Part shown: piece after piece, positions 43,103 to 53,448 of the stretch
How positions within the stretch are numbered: position 1 is the stretch's first letter
Layout of the letters: each line of letters starts with the position of its first letter
Origin: Sphingomonadales bacterium
Lineage (GTDB): Bacteria > Pseudomonadota > Alphaproteobacteria > Sphingomonadales > Sphingomonadaceae
Direction: 5' to 3'
Assembly (NCBI GenBank): GCA_025362295.1
Contig: JANYGX010000010.1
Location: forward strand, 26,388 to 90,387
Length of the DNA: 64,000 bases
Program-made: the position numbers and the translations under genes
The notes under the pieces: generated by a model
Told to the model about the DNA's origin: nothing
The model's database searches: none
What the model saw: only the letters and a program-made list of their open reading frames with translations

Positions 43103-44401
43103 ATGAAGGCGATTTTGGATATATTGGCAAGGCACAAGTCTGGTGAGCCTGCTGGCATTGTCTCTGTGTGCTCAGCCCACCCGGATGTTATAGAGGCCAC
43201 GTTGCGCCAGACACAGCTGTCAGGCGACGGCTTTGCGCTCATTGAAGCCACATCCAATCAAGTCAATCAAGATGGTGGTTATACGGGCATGACACCCCAT
43301 GATTTTTGTCATTTTGTCTACGCAATTGCTGATCGCGTTGGGTTGCCGCACAACCGCATTGTGCTGGGGGGCGATCACATGGGCCCCAATGCCTGGCAAG
43401 CTCTGTCGGCCAGCGAGGCAATGGCTAAGGCCGGAGCAATGATAGCAGCCTATATCGCAGCTGGTTTTCGTAAAATTCACCTCGACTGCTCTATGTCTTG
43501 TGCCGATGATCCAAGCCTGCTGCCTGATGCAATAGTTGCCGAGCGCGCCGCGCAGCTTTGCGCTGTGGCTGAAGCTGCCTATGCCGACGTTGGTGGTGAC
43601 GCTCCGGTTTACGTGATTGGCACGGAAGTGCCGGTTCCGGGCGGCGCCCACGAAGATCTGGCTACCCTGTCTGTCACAAAACCGGAAGCCGTTGCGGCTA
43701 CAATCGATATTCACAAAAGCGTGTTCAGAACCGCAGGCCTTGCGCATGTCTGGCCACGCATTATTGCGATTGTAGTTCAACCTGGGGTGGAGTTTGATCA
43801 TGACAAGGTGGTTGATTATGTACCTGAGCTGGCCATCGCCTTAAAGCAATATATCGAAACCGATCCACAGCTGGTCTATGAAGCGCATTCAACAGACTAT
43901 CAGAAAAATACTGCTCTTGCCTCACTTGTAAAGGATCATTTTGCCATATTGAAAGTGGGGCCTGGGGTTACGTTTGCACTGCGTGAAGCGCTATGGGCAT
44001 TGGCTTCAATGGAAAATGATATGCTTGGTATATCCCATGCATCGCAATTCAAAACAGTCGTGTTAAATGTCATGAAAGCAGACAACCGCCATTGGCGGTC
44101 CTATTATAACAGCCAAGGTGAACGCCTCGATTATGACTTGCAGTATAGCCTGAGTGACAGGATCCGCTATTACTGGCCGAATGCAACAATTGAAGCGGCA
44201 AAAGCAACCATGTTTGCAAACCTGACAGCGAACCCGCCACCGCTGCCCTTGATTAGCCAATATATGCCAAGCCTTTATGAGGCTGTGCGCAACGGTCAGC
44301 TGAGTGTTCAACCGCATCATCTGGTGATGGCTTATATTGGTAGGGTGCTTGATGGCTATCAATCCGCCTGTTTGCCGCAAAGGACAAAAAATCATGTATA
44401 A
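43103..44401 (+). CDS. agaZ: GatZ/KbaZ/AgaZ-family tagatose-(bis)phosphate pathway protein
   Basis: 432 aa. LDILARHKSGEPAGIVSVCSAHPDVIEATL...LIEATSNQVNQDGGYTGMTP is characteristic of the AgaZ/GatZ family. Confidence 0.8.
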   Translation: MKAILDILARHKSGEPAGIVSVCSAHPDVIEATLRQTQLSGDGFALIEATSNQVNQDGGYTGMTPHDFCHFVYAIADRVGLPHNRIVLGGDHMGPNAWQALSASEAMAKAGAMIAAYIAAGFRKIHLDCSMSCADDPSLLPDAIVAERAAQLCAVAEAAYADVGGDAPVYVIGTEVPVPGGAHEDLATLSVTKPEAVAATIDIHKSVFRTAGLAHVWPRIIAIVVQPGVEFDHDKVVDYVPELAIALKQYIETDPQLVYEAHSTDYQKNTALASLVKDHFAILKVGPGVTFALREALWALASMENDMLGISHASQFKTVVLNVMKADNRHWRSYYNSQGERLDYDLQYSLSDRIRYYWPNATIEAAKATMFANLTANPPPLPLISQYMPSLYEAVRNGQLSVQPHHLVMAYIGRVLDGYQSACLPQRTKNHV

Positions 44402-45551
44402 ACTTGGCTACGAAGAGGATTATCTAAAACTGAAAGATGGCTTATGGACGGCTCGTGAAATTGAGCAGCAACCTGAAATGCTGCGCCAGACACAAGCTCT
44501 TCTGGAATACGGCAAAGCTGATATAAACGGTTTTCTAGCACCTTTACTGGACAACAAGGCAACTCGCATAGTGCTGATTGGTGCTGGCACATCGGCTTTT
44601 ATTGGTGACATTCTGGCACCTTTGCTATCTCGCACACTCATGCGCCGGGTGGATGCGATTGCAACGACTGATCTTGCCTCCGCGCCGTTATACTATTTTG
44701 AAAAAACAACACCGACACTTTTTGTGTCGTTTGGCCGTTCCGGCAACAGCCCGGAAAGTGTTGCAGCCGTTGCCCTGGCAGAGCGTTTGGTTGCTCAACC
44801 CTCCCATCTTATTATAACCTGTAACAGGGATGGAGCCTTGTTCAAGCAAGCGCAGCACCTGCGACTTGCACACACATTTGTACTGCCGGAAGCAACACAT
44901 GACCAGGGTTTTGCCATGACATCAAGCTTCAGCAGCATGCTTTATGCCGCTGTTGCTATGTTTTACGGCATCGACAAAATGGCGCTTGAACTTGATGCAA
45001 TCTGCACGGCCATGCGAGCCGTTATCGATATTCACACCACCACCATGCGTGGACTTGCCAATAAACATTATGACAGGGTAGTGTATCTTGGCAGCTACAT
45101 TTTCAAGGGACTGGCAAGAGAAGCATCGCTGAAGCTTCTTGAGCTTAGTGATGGTGCTGTTATTGGCACCAGCGATACCCCTATGGGGTTTCGTCATGGC
45201 CCAAAGACAATAGTGACAGCCTCGACTTTGGTTGTAATATTCCTTTCGAATGACCCTTATACCCGTTCTTATGACATTGATCTTCTCGACGAGTTGAGAA
45301 AAGACAACCGTGCTGCAGAAATAATGGTTATATCGGCACAGGACTATATAGAAAAAGATCGGGAAACTGGCATTGTGATCAAAGGCCTAGAAACTGCTGA
45401 AGATTTTCAATTACTGTTTCCTTACATCATTGCGCCACAAATGTTGGCCTTTCATCAGTCTGTTGCCCTCGGCCTTACGCCTGACAATCCCAACAACTCC
45501 GGTGCTGTCAACCGTGTTGTGCAAGGTGTCCGCATTCATGCCCACGCCTGA
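44394..45551 (+). CDS. agaS: SIS-domain galactosamine-6-phosphate deaminase/isomerase
   Basis: Start trimmed to MYKLGYEEDYLKLKDGLWTAREIEQQPEML (AGGA Shine-Dalgarno, 8-nt overlap with agaZ). Two SIS domains (GAGTSAFIG...; SFGRSGNSPES). Confidence 0.8.
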   Translation: MYKLGYEEDYLKLKDGLWTAREIEQQPEMLRQTQALLEYGKADINGFLAPLLDNKATRIVLIGAGTSAFIGDILAPLLSRTLMRRVDAIATTDLASAPLYYFEKTTPTLFVSFGRSGNSPESVAAVALAERLVAQPSHLIITCNRDGALFKQAQHLRLAHTFVLPEATHDQGFAMTSSFSSMLYAAVAMFYGIDKMALELDAICTAMRAVIDIHTTTMRGLANKHYDRVVYLGSYIFKGLAREASLKLLELSDGAVIGTSDTPMGFRHGPKTIVTASTLVVIFLSNDPYTRSYDIDLLDELRKDNRAAEIMVISAQDYIEKDRETGIVIKGLETAEDFQLLFPYIIAPQMLAFHQSVALGLTPDNPNNSGAVNRVVQGVRIHAHA

Positions 45552-45568
45552 ATAATTTTTACTGTTGT

Positions 45569-46513
45569 ATGTCACAGAAAATATTTCTCGGCGTTGATGG
45601 TGGTGGTACCAAAACTGCCTTTACACTTATAGATGAACAGGTGAGAGTTATAAGTGCGTTTGAGCACACGACATCTTACCACGTGCAAATTGGTCTTGAT
45701 GGCTTGCGGCAATTATGTGTGGAAGGCGTGAATGCTGTGCTGGCGCAAGCACAGTTGAACACCTCTGATATCACACATGCTTTTTTTGGGCTGCCTGCCT
45801 ATGGTGAGGACAGTCGCGTTACATCAGCGCTCGATGCCATTCCGGAATTTTCTCTTGGTCATCGTCGTTATACGTGTGGCAATGACATGATCAGTGGCTG
45901 GGCCGGATCACTGGCCTGCGCAGACGGTATTAATATAACCGCTGGCACTGGATCGATTGGTTACGGTGAACATAAATCTCGTGTCGCACGTGCCGGTGGC
46001 TGGGGCGAGCTTTTCAGCGATGAAGGCTCGGCCTACTGGATTGCCGTGCAAGGCTTGAAAACCTTTTCACACATGAGCGACGGGCGCATCCCAAAAGGCC
46101 CGCTACATGCTGTTTTTATGACTGCCTTTGATTTGAAAAGCGAGCTCGACCTCTCTGGCATTTTAATGGCTGACCATGCAACAGACCGTGATAAAGTAGC
46201 CGCTTTGTCACGGCTGGTGGCTGATGCGGCTCACAAGGGTGATCGTGCAGCGCAGGCAATTTTTAATCAGGCGGCTGTTGAGCTTGTTTCAATTGCAGAT
46301 GCAATAGCCAGCGCACTCGATTTTTCGCAACATCAAACTGTAAACGTGTCTTATTCTGGCGGCGTGTTTAATGCCGGTGATCTTATTTTGTTACCTTTTA
46401 AGACGTGTTTGGACGATTCCGGATATGCCTATAAAATAGTGTCGCCACAACACCCACCGCAGATTGGCGCTGCGCTCTACGCGATGAAATGTGGGAAAAT
46501 GTTCCAAAACTAA
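45569..46513 (+). CDS. BadF/BadG/BcrA/BcrD-type ATPase, N-acetylhexosamine kinase candidate (AgaK-like by context)
   Basis: 314 aa. N-terminal ASKHA phosphate-1 motif LGVDGGGTKT. GWGELFSDEGSAYWIA is typical of GlcNAc-kinase-like proteins. Confidence 0.7.
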   Translation: MSQKIFLGVDGGGTKTAFTLIDEQVRVISAFEHTTSYHVQIGLDGLRQLCVEGVNAVLAQAQLNTSDITHAFFGLPAYGEDSRVTSALDAIPEFSLGHRRYTCGNDMISGWAGSLACADGINITAGTGSIGYGEHKSRVARAGGWGELFSDEGSAYWIAVQGLKTFSHMSDGRIPKGPLHAVFMTAFDLKSELDLSGILMADHATDRDKVAALSRLVADAAHKGDRAAQAIFNQAAVELVSIADAIASALDFSQHQTVNVSYSGGVFNAGDLILLPFKTCLDDSGYAYKIVSPQHPPQIGAALYAMKCGKMFQN

Positions 46514-46910
46514 TAAAATATCATGCTATTCAGCATGTTAACAGTAGCGCGGGTGCAAAGTACACCGTTAACTTGTCTGTACGGGGTTTGGCACCTATAT
46601 CTTATAGGTAAAGCAACTGATTTTGGTGAGCTCAATGTCAAACTTCCAGATTGAAGAAGATTTTGTAACAATCACTGCAGATGGTAAGTTCCCGTTTGGC
46701 GCTGTCAGGCGCGTGTGACACGAAGGGCGAGATGAAATTATGGTTTATATTGAAAACACTGGGGGCTTCATTATGCCCTATGCAGCAATTAAGGGCGCGC
46801 ACGCACAAAAAGTCGTACTCGATCAAAATCGTCTGACGATAGATGTTCAGAATGCCATTCTCTCTTCCCATGTTGCTGAGCAACCAAACTAAAGCATTGC
46901 TCCAGATATT

Positions 46911-48143
46911 ATGAACACTCTACCCTCAATCGAGCATACACAGCGAGTAGAGAATAACGAAGCTTTGTATCACAAATTTAGCGAAATACGCCAGCACACT
47001 GTTAATCTGGCAACGCCCCTCTCAGCCGAAGATATGGTTGTGCAAGCCAATGACGAATGCAGCCCAACCAAGTGGCACTTGGCTCACACCACATGGTTTT
47101 TCGAAACATTTGTCCTGAAAAAATATGCTAAAAATTATAGTGTTTTTGATGAGCGCTACGACTACTGCTTCAATTCATATTATGAATCGATTGGTGATCG
47201 TCACCCCAAAGCCTTTCGTGGTCTGTTAACCCGACCAACCTGCGATCAAATTTTTTCCTATCGCCAGCACGTGGATGCGGCGATTTATAAACTGATGCTC
47301 TCCAACCATTGTGAGCGGTCAACCACCGCGGCTGTCATAGAACTGGGCCTTCAGCACGAGCAGCAACATCAGGAATTGCTGCTGATGGACATTCTGGCGC
47401 TGTTTGCCGTAAATCCTCTGCGACCGCATTATAAATCTGTACAATCAACGCCTGAAATAATTTACGATACAGGGTTAAATTGGAACAGTTTTGAGGGCGG
47501 TGTGCATCATATAGGCCATACTGGGTCAGGCTTTGCATGGGATAACGAGAGTCCATCGCACGATGTGCTTCTTCAGCCGTTTCGCATGGCCGACAGATTG
47601 GTGAATAACGCGGATTGGTTAGAGTTCATGAATGACAGCGGTTATGAAACGGCGACGCTGTGGCTTGCCGACGGCTGGAGCAAAATATGCCAACATAATA
47701 TAAAGGCACCACTTTATTGGCACTATGAAAACACTATGTGGTCCAGCATGACACTGGCAGGTGTGCACCCTATTGACCCCAAAAGTCCGGTTATTCATGT
47801 GAGCTTTTACGAGGCTGACGCCTTTGCACGTTGGAGTGGTCAACGTTTGCCAACAGAATTTGAATGGGAAGTGGCAGCACGCTCGACATCCAATGTTCCA
47901 AAACAAATGTTTGGCAAGGTCTGGCAATGGATGCAAAGCGCCTATCAACCTTATCCGGGTTATAAACCACCGCTTGGTGCTATTGGAGAGTATAATGGAA
48001 AATTTATGATCAACCAGCAGACACTCAGAGGCTCATCGTTTGCAACACCGCATAACCACTCGCGAGCAACATACCGGAATTTTTTCTATCCGCATCAACG
48101 CTGGCAATTTTCTGGCGTGCGGCTGGCACAAAACGTGTCGTGA
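46911..48143 (+). CDS. egtB: Ergothioneine biosynthesis sulfoxide synthase EgtB (DinB-like + FGE-sulfatase domains)
   Basis: 410 aa. SPTKWHLAHTTWFFETFVL (DinB_2 His motif), ELGLQHEQQHQELLLMD, and the C-terminal FGE-type fold ...GKVWQWMQSAYQPYPGY...LRGSSFATP.... Confidence 0.8.
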   Translation: MNTLPSIEHTQRVENNEALYHKFSEIRQHTVNLATPLSAEDMVVQANDECSPTKWHLAHTTWFFETFVLKKYAKNYSVFDERYDYCFNSYYESIGDRHPKAFRGLLTRPTCDQIFSYRQHVDAAIYKLMLSNHCERSTTAAVIELGLQHEQQHQELLLMDILALFAVNPLRPHYKSVQSTPEIIYDTGLNWNSFEGGVHHIGHTGSGFAWDNESPSHDVLLQPFRMADRLVNNADWLEFMNDSGYETATLWLADGWSKICQHNIKAPLYWHYENTMWSSMTLAGVHPIDPKSPVIHVSFYEADAFARWSGQRLPTEFEWEVAARSTSNVPKQMFGKVWQWMQSAYQPYPGYKPPLGAIGEYNGKFMINQQTLRGSSFATPHNHSRATYRNFFYPHQRWQFSGVRLAQNVS

Positions 48144-49132
48144 TGTCAGGCGTTCAATCAAAAAATACTGCACTTAATAACGCAGTCAACATGACATTTG
48201 CGGACGATGTGATCAAAGGATTATCGTTACCGCAAAAAATGCTGCCGTCGCGTTATTTTTACGATGCAGAGGGCAGCCGACTGTTTGAAGACATTACACA
48301 ATTACCCGAATATTATCTCACACGCATTGAGACCGAAATATTACGTGCCCACAGCCGTGATATAACAAAAGATGTTGCTGCAGAAAGTGTGCTGGTTGAA
48401 TTCGGATCAGGCTCCAGCCTTAAAACTGAATTGTTACTCAACACTTTACCAATGCTTTCAGCCTATGTTTCTGTTGATGTATCGAACGCAGCTTTGCAAG
48501 AGGCTGCAGACCGGCTGGCGAGGCACTTTCCTGATCTTGTAGTCCGACCTGTTTTGGGGGATTTTTGGCAGCCTCTCTCTTTTCCACCTGATATTGCCAA
48601 GCATCCCCGCATAGGATTTTTTCCTGGTTCCACAATAGGCAATTTTACCCACAACGAAGCGGCAAAATTACTGACAAAATTTGCCAGTCATCTATCTTTG
48701 GGCGGGCGCTTGATCATCGGGGTTGATATGAAAAAAGACGTTCAAACATTGCTAAACGCTTATGATGATTCCGCAGGCGTGACGGCGGAGTTTAATCTTA
48801 ATCTGCTGACGCATATTAATCGTGAGCTTGGTGGATTATTTGAGCTTGCTAAGTTTCGGCATAAAGTGGTTTACAATGCAGATGAGGGACGCATTGAAAT
48901 GCATCTGCTTAGTCTTGTTGACCAGAACGTCAGCGTCTGTGGGCATGATTTTTCGTTTGTGAAAGGGGAAACCATCCATACAGAAAATTCCTATAAGTAC
49001 AGTATAGATCAGTTTCAAACGCTGGCGCGTTCTGCAGGGTGGCACCCCCATGCTGTGTGGACAGATGAACTGCACCAATTTAGTATTCACGAGTTGAGGT
49101 TGAATACAATCAGTCATACAAATCAGCTTTAG
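48140..49132 (+). CDS. egtD: L-histidine N-alpha-methyltransferase EgtD
   Basis: 330 aa. LPSRYFYDAEGSRLFEDITQLPEYYLTRIETEIL and EFGSGSSLKT (SAM-binding site) are typical EgtD motifs. 4-nt overlap with egtB. Confidence 0.85.
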   Translation: MMSGVQSKNTALNNAVNMTFADDVIKGLSLPQKMLPSRYFYDAEGSRLFEDITQLPEYYLTRIETEILRAHSRDITKDVAAESVLVEFGSGSSLKTELLLNTLPMLSAYVSVDVSNAALQEAADRLARHFPDLVVRPVLGDFWQPLSFPPDIAKHPRIGFFPGSTIGNFTHNEAAKLLTKFASHLSLGGRLIIGVDMKKDVQTLLNAYDDSAGVTAEFNLNLLTHINRELGGLFELAKFRHKVVYNADEGRIEMHLLSLVDQNVSVCGHDFSFVKGETIHTENSYKYSIDQFQTLARSAGWHPHAVWTDELHQFSIHELRLNTISHTNQL

Positions 49133-49163
49133 TGCCATAAATTATTGCATAAGCTTTCCGGTA

Positions 49164-50453
49164 TTACCCAAGATTTGCCGATTGAATAACACCGCTACAC
49201 GGACCAAAACCGATAGAAATCATATCATCTGCAATTGCTTTTGCTGTAAAAACCATCTCATCACCATCCTCGAGAAAAGTCCGTGTTTCGCCGTTAGGAA
49301 GTGTGAGTGGGCGTTTGCCGCCAATGGTGATTTCCAGCAGGCTACCATAGCCGTCTGATGTCGATGCTGAAATTGTGCCACTGCCAAGCAAATCTCCAGC
49401 GCTCAAGTTGCAGCCGTTCGAGGCATGGTGCGTGACAAGCTGCGCCACTGTCCAATACAATGTATTCGCAGAGCCATGGCTTAAACGATAGGCCGCCAAA
49501 CCGGACGCGCGCATCTGCGGTGTGAGCAGAAAAACTTCCAGTTCAAGGGACAGAGCACCGTGCTGTTGATCATCATCATCCCATAAATACGGAAGGGGCT
49601 GTGGATCACCTTTCGGTCTTGGCGGTTGGGCAATGCGGAACGGCGCCAGTGCTTCCGCGGTTATAACCCAGGACGATATGGTGGTGAGAAAACTTTTAGC
49701 AAGAAACGGGCCGAGAGGCTGATATTCCCACGCCTGCAAATCCCGCGCTGACCAATCATTCAGCAAGCAAAAGCCGACGATATGATTCGCCGCCTTGGCA
49801 ATGGGGATAGGCTCCCCGAGTGCATTGCCCTGGCCAATCCAGACGCCAAGCTCCAGCTCATAGTCCAGACGACGGCTGGGGCCAAAGGATGGCACATCGG
49901 CATCAACGGGTTTACGTTGGCCGTTTGGCCGTGTCACGCGTGTGCCAGAAGGCCTGACCGACGATGCACGACCATGATAGCCAATGGGCACATATTTATA
50001 ATTTGGCATGAGCGGTTGATCGGGCCGGAACTGACGCCCAACATTGTTTGCGTGATGAATACCAGCATAAAAATCGGTATAATCACCTATAGCCATTGGC
50101 ACATGCATCGTGCAGCCATCCGCTGCGTGCAGCAAAGATTCAATAGCTGACCGATGCGTATCCTTACTGAGTAAATCGAAGAGGCAATGGCGCAGTTCCA
50201 GGCGAGCCGACGCAGACGACGCAAACAATGCATTCAGTGTTGTGCCGACCAAGCATGCCTTGCTGGAGGCTGGCAACAGAAACTCAGCTGCTTTGAGGTC
50301 AAGAATATAATCCCCGATGGCAACACCGGCACGGGGCACATCCTGCGCCGGGCTGAATATACCAAAGGGTAAATTCTGAATGGGAAAATCCACATGGCCA
50401 TTGGCACTGGCTATCCAACTGACACGCTTGGGGTCATGCGTATGATCAATCAT
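49164..50453 (-). CDS. fahA: Fumarylacetoacetase
   Basis: Start trimmed to [34 protein letters not shown]...[12 protein letters not shown], the classic FAH N-terminus. 8-nt overlap with hmgA. Confidence 0.9.
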   Translation of the reverse strand: MIDHTHDPKRVSWIASANGHVDFPIQNLPFGIFSPAQDVPRAGVAIGDYILDLKAAEFLLPASSKACLVGTTLNALFASSASARLELRHCLFDLLSKDTHRSAIESLLHAADGCTMHVPMAIGDYTDFYAGIHHANNVGRQFRPDQPLMPNYKYVPIGYHGRASSVRPSGTRVTRPNGQRKPVDADVPSFGPSRRLDYELELGVWIGQGNALGEPIPIAKAANHIVGFCLLNDWSARDLQAWEYQPLGPFLAKSFLTTISSWVITAEALAPFRIAQPPRPKGDPQPLPYLWDDDDQQHGALSLELEVFLLTPQMRASGLAAYRLSHGSANTLYWTVAQLVTHHASNGCNLSAGDLLGSGTISASTSDGYGSLLEITIGGKRPLTLPNGETRTFLEDGDEMVFTAKAIADDMISIGFGPCSGVIQSANLG

Positions 50454-51729
50454 GTGTAACCCTGGCTTTTTTAAATTGAGACCAGCAGTTGTCGTAGTCC
50501 GGCTGACAAAGCGGCGATTCCATAGCATAGCGTGTTGGGCACAAAACATACCGGCTTTCAAACATAAAGGCCATGCTTTCTATAATTTTATATGGTTTGA
50601 GATCGGCTGCAATGGCACTTTCATAACTTGATCTGTCAGGCCCATGGCTCGACATCTGGTTGTGCAGGGATGCGCCACCCGGTGCAAAGCCGCCTGACTT
50701 TGCATCATAGCGTCCCTCAATAAGCCCCATAAATTCACTCATCACATTACGGTGAAACCATGGTGGGCGAAATGTCTGTTCAGCCACAATCCAGCGCGGC
50801 GGGAAAATAACAAAATCGATGTTTGCTGTGCCCGCCGTATCGCTTGGCGCGGTGAGTACAGTAAAAATAGAAGGGTCAGGGTGATCATAACTCACGGTGT
50901 TCATCGTATTAAAGCGTCGCAAATCATATCGGTAAGGCGTGAGGTTGCCATGCCATGCAACGACATCCAATGGGCTGTGATCAAGCGTGGTTGTCCAGAG
51001 CCTGCCCTGAAACTTCTGGATCAACTCATGTGGTTCATCGCTGTCTTCAAACCACGCAACAGGTGTTTCAAAATCCCGCTGGTTGGCAAGCCCGTTGGAT
51101 CCGATTGGTCCAAGCTCTGGCAAACAAAACGGTGCCCCGTGGTTTTCACACACATAGCCGCGCACGGGGCCGTCCAGCACCTCAACACGAAACCGGATAC
51201 CGCGTGGTATAACGGCAATGTGCAATGGATCGACATGAAGCACGCCCATTTCGGTGACCAGCTTTAAACTGCCCTGTTGCGGCACGATGAGCAGCTCGCC
51301 ATCTGCATTAAAAAAAATCCGATTGATCATCGATTGATTGGCGACATAAAGATGAATGCAGATACCTGTGCCCACCGCCACATCACCGTTGCTTGCATAC
51401 GTGACAAGGCCATTAATAAAATCTGTTGGCACATCTGGAATTAGTAAAGGATCCCAACGCAAGCGATTTGGCGACGCTGGCACATCGCTGCACCTAAGCA
51501 GGGGGTTCCCGTTATAAGGTTTATAGGGGCTGTGGCAGGCACTTGGGCGCAAACGGTAGAACCAGCTTCGTTTGTTGTCCGCACGCGGTGCTGTAAATGC
51601 CGTGCCGGAAAGTTGCTCGGCAAAAAGCCCGAACGGCACATGCTGGGGGGAGTTGCAGCCAACCGGCAAGGCGCCGATAATCGCTTCAGTCGAGAAGTGA
51701 TTGCCAAAACCGTTGAGCATGTCAGCCAT
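50446..51729 (-). CDS. hmgA: Homogentisate 1,2-dioxygenase
   Basis: Start trimmed to [49 protein letters not shown] (an alternative ATG lies at 51720). Overlaps the hppD stop. Confidence 0.9.
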   Translation of the reverse strand: MADMLNGFGNHFSTEAIIGALPVGCNSPQHVPFGLFAEQLSGTAFTAPRADNKRSWFYRLRPSACHSPYKPYNGNPLLRCSDVPASPNRLRWDPLLIPDVPTDFINGLVTYASNGDVAVGTGICIHLYVANQSMINRIFFNADGELLIVPQQGSLKLVTEMGVLHVDPLHIAVIPRGIRFRVEVLDGPVRGYVCENHGAPFCLPELGPIGSNGLANQRDFETPVAWFEDSDEPHELIQKFQGRLWTTTLDHSPLDVVAWHGNLTPYRYDLRRFNTMNTVSYDHPDPSIFTVLTAPSDTAGTANIDFVIFPPRWIVAEQTFRPPWFHRNVMSEFMGLIEGRYDAKSGGFAPGGASLHNQMSSHGPDRSSYESAIAADLKPYKIIESMAFMFESRYVLCPTRYAMESPLCQPDYDNCWSQFKKARVTHD

Positions 51730-52789
51730 CGACAGCAACCACACCACGCCGGATTTGATCGAGCTCGATTGATTCAAACAGAGCTTTAAAATTACCTTCA
51801 CCAAACCCGTCATTGCCCTTGCGCTGAATAACCTCAAAGAAAATCGGACCAACCATATTTTCGGTGAATATCTGCAATAATATACCGCCGCCGGTTTCTG
51901 GCGCACCGTCTATCAAAATACGTCGCGTGCGCATGGCCGCCACATCATGGCCATGCCCCGGCAGGCGTTTGTCGATCAGTTCAAAATAACTTTCTGGTGT
52001 ATCCTGAAAACGGATGCCATTGGCGCGCAATTTATCAACAGTTGCAAAAATATCATCTGTCGCTAGCGCAATGTGCTGGATACCCTCGCCCTTGTAGGCG
52101 CGCAAAAATTCCTCAATTTGGCTGTGCTCGTCCTGGCTTTCATTGAGCGGTATTCTGATTTTACCATCAGGCGCGGTCATTGCCCGGCTGGTAAGACCGG
52201 TGGCTTGCCCTTCGATATCAAAATATCGGATTTCTCGAAAGTTGAAAATACGTTCATAAAACTGCGCCCAGTGCAGCATACGACCACGATTCACATTATG
52301 GGTGAGATGGTCAAGTGTGTGCAAGCCGACAGCACGCGCATTGCGCTCAGCACCAACAACAGGCACAAAATCGATATCATAAATTTCCTGCGCACCATAG
52401 CGATCCAACAGATACAGGTAAGAACCACCGATGCCCTCGATGGCGGGTATATTGAGCTCCATCGGCCCGACCGGTCCGGTAACGGGCATCGCCCCGCGCT
52501 CAATCGCCGCCTCAAATGCCGCCTTAGCATCGTGCACCCGAAATGCCATGGCATTGGCAGACGGCCCGTGCGCGTTACGAAATGCCGCCGCTTGGCCTTT
52601 AGTGTCCATGTTCAATAAAAAACTAATATCACCCTGTGCATAGCGGCGGACGTTTTTGGAGCGGTGGCTGGCAAGATGGGTGAAACCCATCGCTTCAAAC
52701 AAAAGCGCCAGTGCGTCTGGCTCCGGGCTGGTGAATTCAACAAACTCAAAACCATCGAGGCCAAGTGGATTTTCATGAGGCTGTGACAC
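51722..52789 (-). CDS. hppD: 4-hydroxyphenylpyruvate dioxygenase
   Basis: Proposed GTG start at 52789, preceded by GGAGA with 6-nt spacing. Sequence (M)[23 protein letters not shown]...[12 protein letters not shown]...FFEVIQRKG. The tracked ORF start (52858) would collide with the divergent MarR promoter. Confidence 0.85.
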   Translation of the reverse strand: MSQPHENPLGLDGFEFVEFTSPEPDALALLFEAMGFTHLASHRSKNVRRYAQGDISFLLNMDTKGQAAAFRNAHGPSANAMAFRVHDAKAAFEAAIERGAMPVTGPVGPMELNIPAIEGIGGSYLYLLDRYGAQEIYDIDFVPVVGAERNARAVGLHTLDHLTHNVNRGRMLHWAQFYERIFNFREIRYFDIEGQATGLTSRAMTAPDGKIRIPLNESQDEHSQIEEFLRAYKGEGIQHIALATDDIFATVDKLRANGIRFQDTPESYFELIDKRLPGHGHDVAAMRTRRILIDGAPETGGGILLQIFTENMVGPIFFEVIQRKGNDGFGEGNFKALFESIELDQIRRGVVAVDG

Positions 52790-52873
52790 GACAGTTCTCC
52801 AGAATGTGAAAATAGTATCAATTGTTACCAGTATGATCTCTTGATCGGTTGGTGTCAAGCGTTACTGTACCTC

Positions 52874-53338
52874 ATGACTAAGTCCGTTCTCGTCCTTGAT
52901 GATTTTCTCCCATATCGGCTGTCGTTCACCTCGAATCTGGTCAGCGATGCCATTGCCAGTGCCTATGAAACCCTGTTCGGCCTGTCGATACCGGAGTGGC
53001 GACTGGTTGCCGTGATTGCTGAAAATAATGGCATCACCCAACAGATGATCGGTGCGCGCACGCGCATGGATAAAGTCACAGTCAGTCGGGCGGCGATTGC
53101 GCTAACGGGGCGTGGGCTGCTCAAACGATCCGTTAATCCAGCCGATCGCCGGTCGCAACTGTTGGTGCTAAGCCGTCAGGGGCGTGAGCTATACGGACAA
53201 ATCGCTCCGAAAGCACTGGCGCTGGAAAAACAGATATTTGGTGCCCTTGATAAAAAGGCGCTGGCTGCATTTGTCGCAACGTTAAAGCGTATCGAGGCAG
53301 TTGTTGGCACAGCACATTTTTTACCCGCTGCGGAATGA
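52874..53338 (+). CDS. MarR-family transcriptional regulator, divergent from hppD
   Basis: Start trimmed to MTKSVLVLDDFLPYRLS. Winged-helix segment LSIPEWRLVAVIAENNGITQQMIGARTRMDKVTVSRAAIALTGRGLL. Confidence 0.8.
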   Translation: MTKSVLVLDDFLPYRLSFTSNLVSDAIASAYETLFGLSIPEWRLVAVIAENNGITQQMIGARTRMDKVTVSRAAIALTGRGLLKRSVNPADRRSQLLVLSRQGRELYGQIAPKALALEKQIFGALDKKALAAFVATLKRIEAVVGTAHFLPAAE

Positions 53339-53369
53339 TCAGAACATTATTCGCAGGTGTGAATTTCAC

Positions 53370-53417
53370 CCACAGTCATTCTGGCCTTTGAGCCAGAATG
53401 ACTGTGGTTTGTTTCTT
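53370..53417 (+). terminator. Rho-independent terminator after the MarR gene
   Basis: Perfect 16-bp stem CCACAGTCATTCTGGC / GCCAGAATGACTGTGG with a CTTTGA loop, followed by TTTGTTTCTT. Confidence 0.8.
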
Positions 53418-53448
53418 CGAAAGAAAAAACAAATGGTGGCTTTGGTCT

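Noticed and set aside
46638-46883. 81-aa minus-strand ORF from the track in the agaK-egtB spacer.
   Set aside because: It has Cys/Asn/Ile-rich composition typical of a random ORF in AT-rich DNA, no Shine-Dalgarno sequence and the opposite orientation to both neighbours. The plus-strand small ORFs are reported as a low-confidence finding instead.
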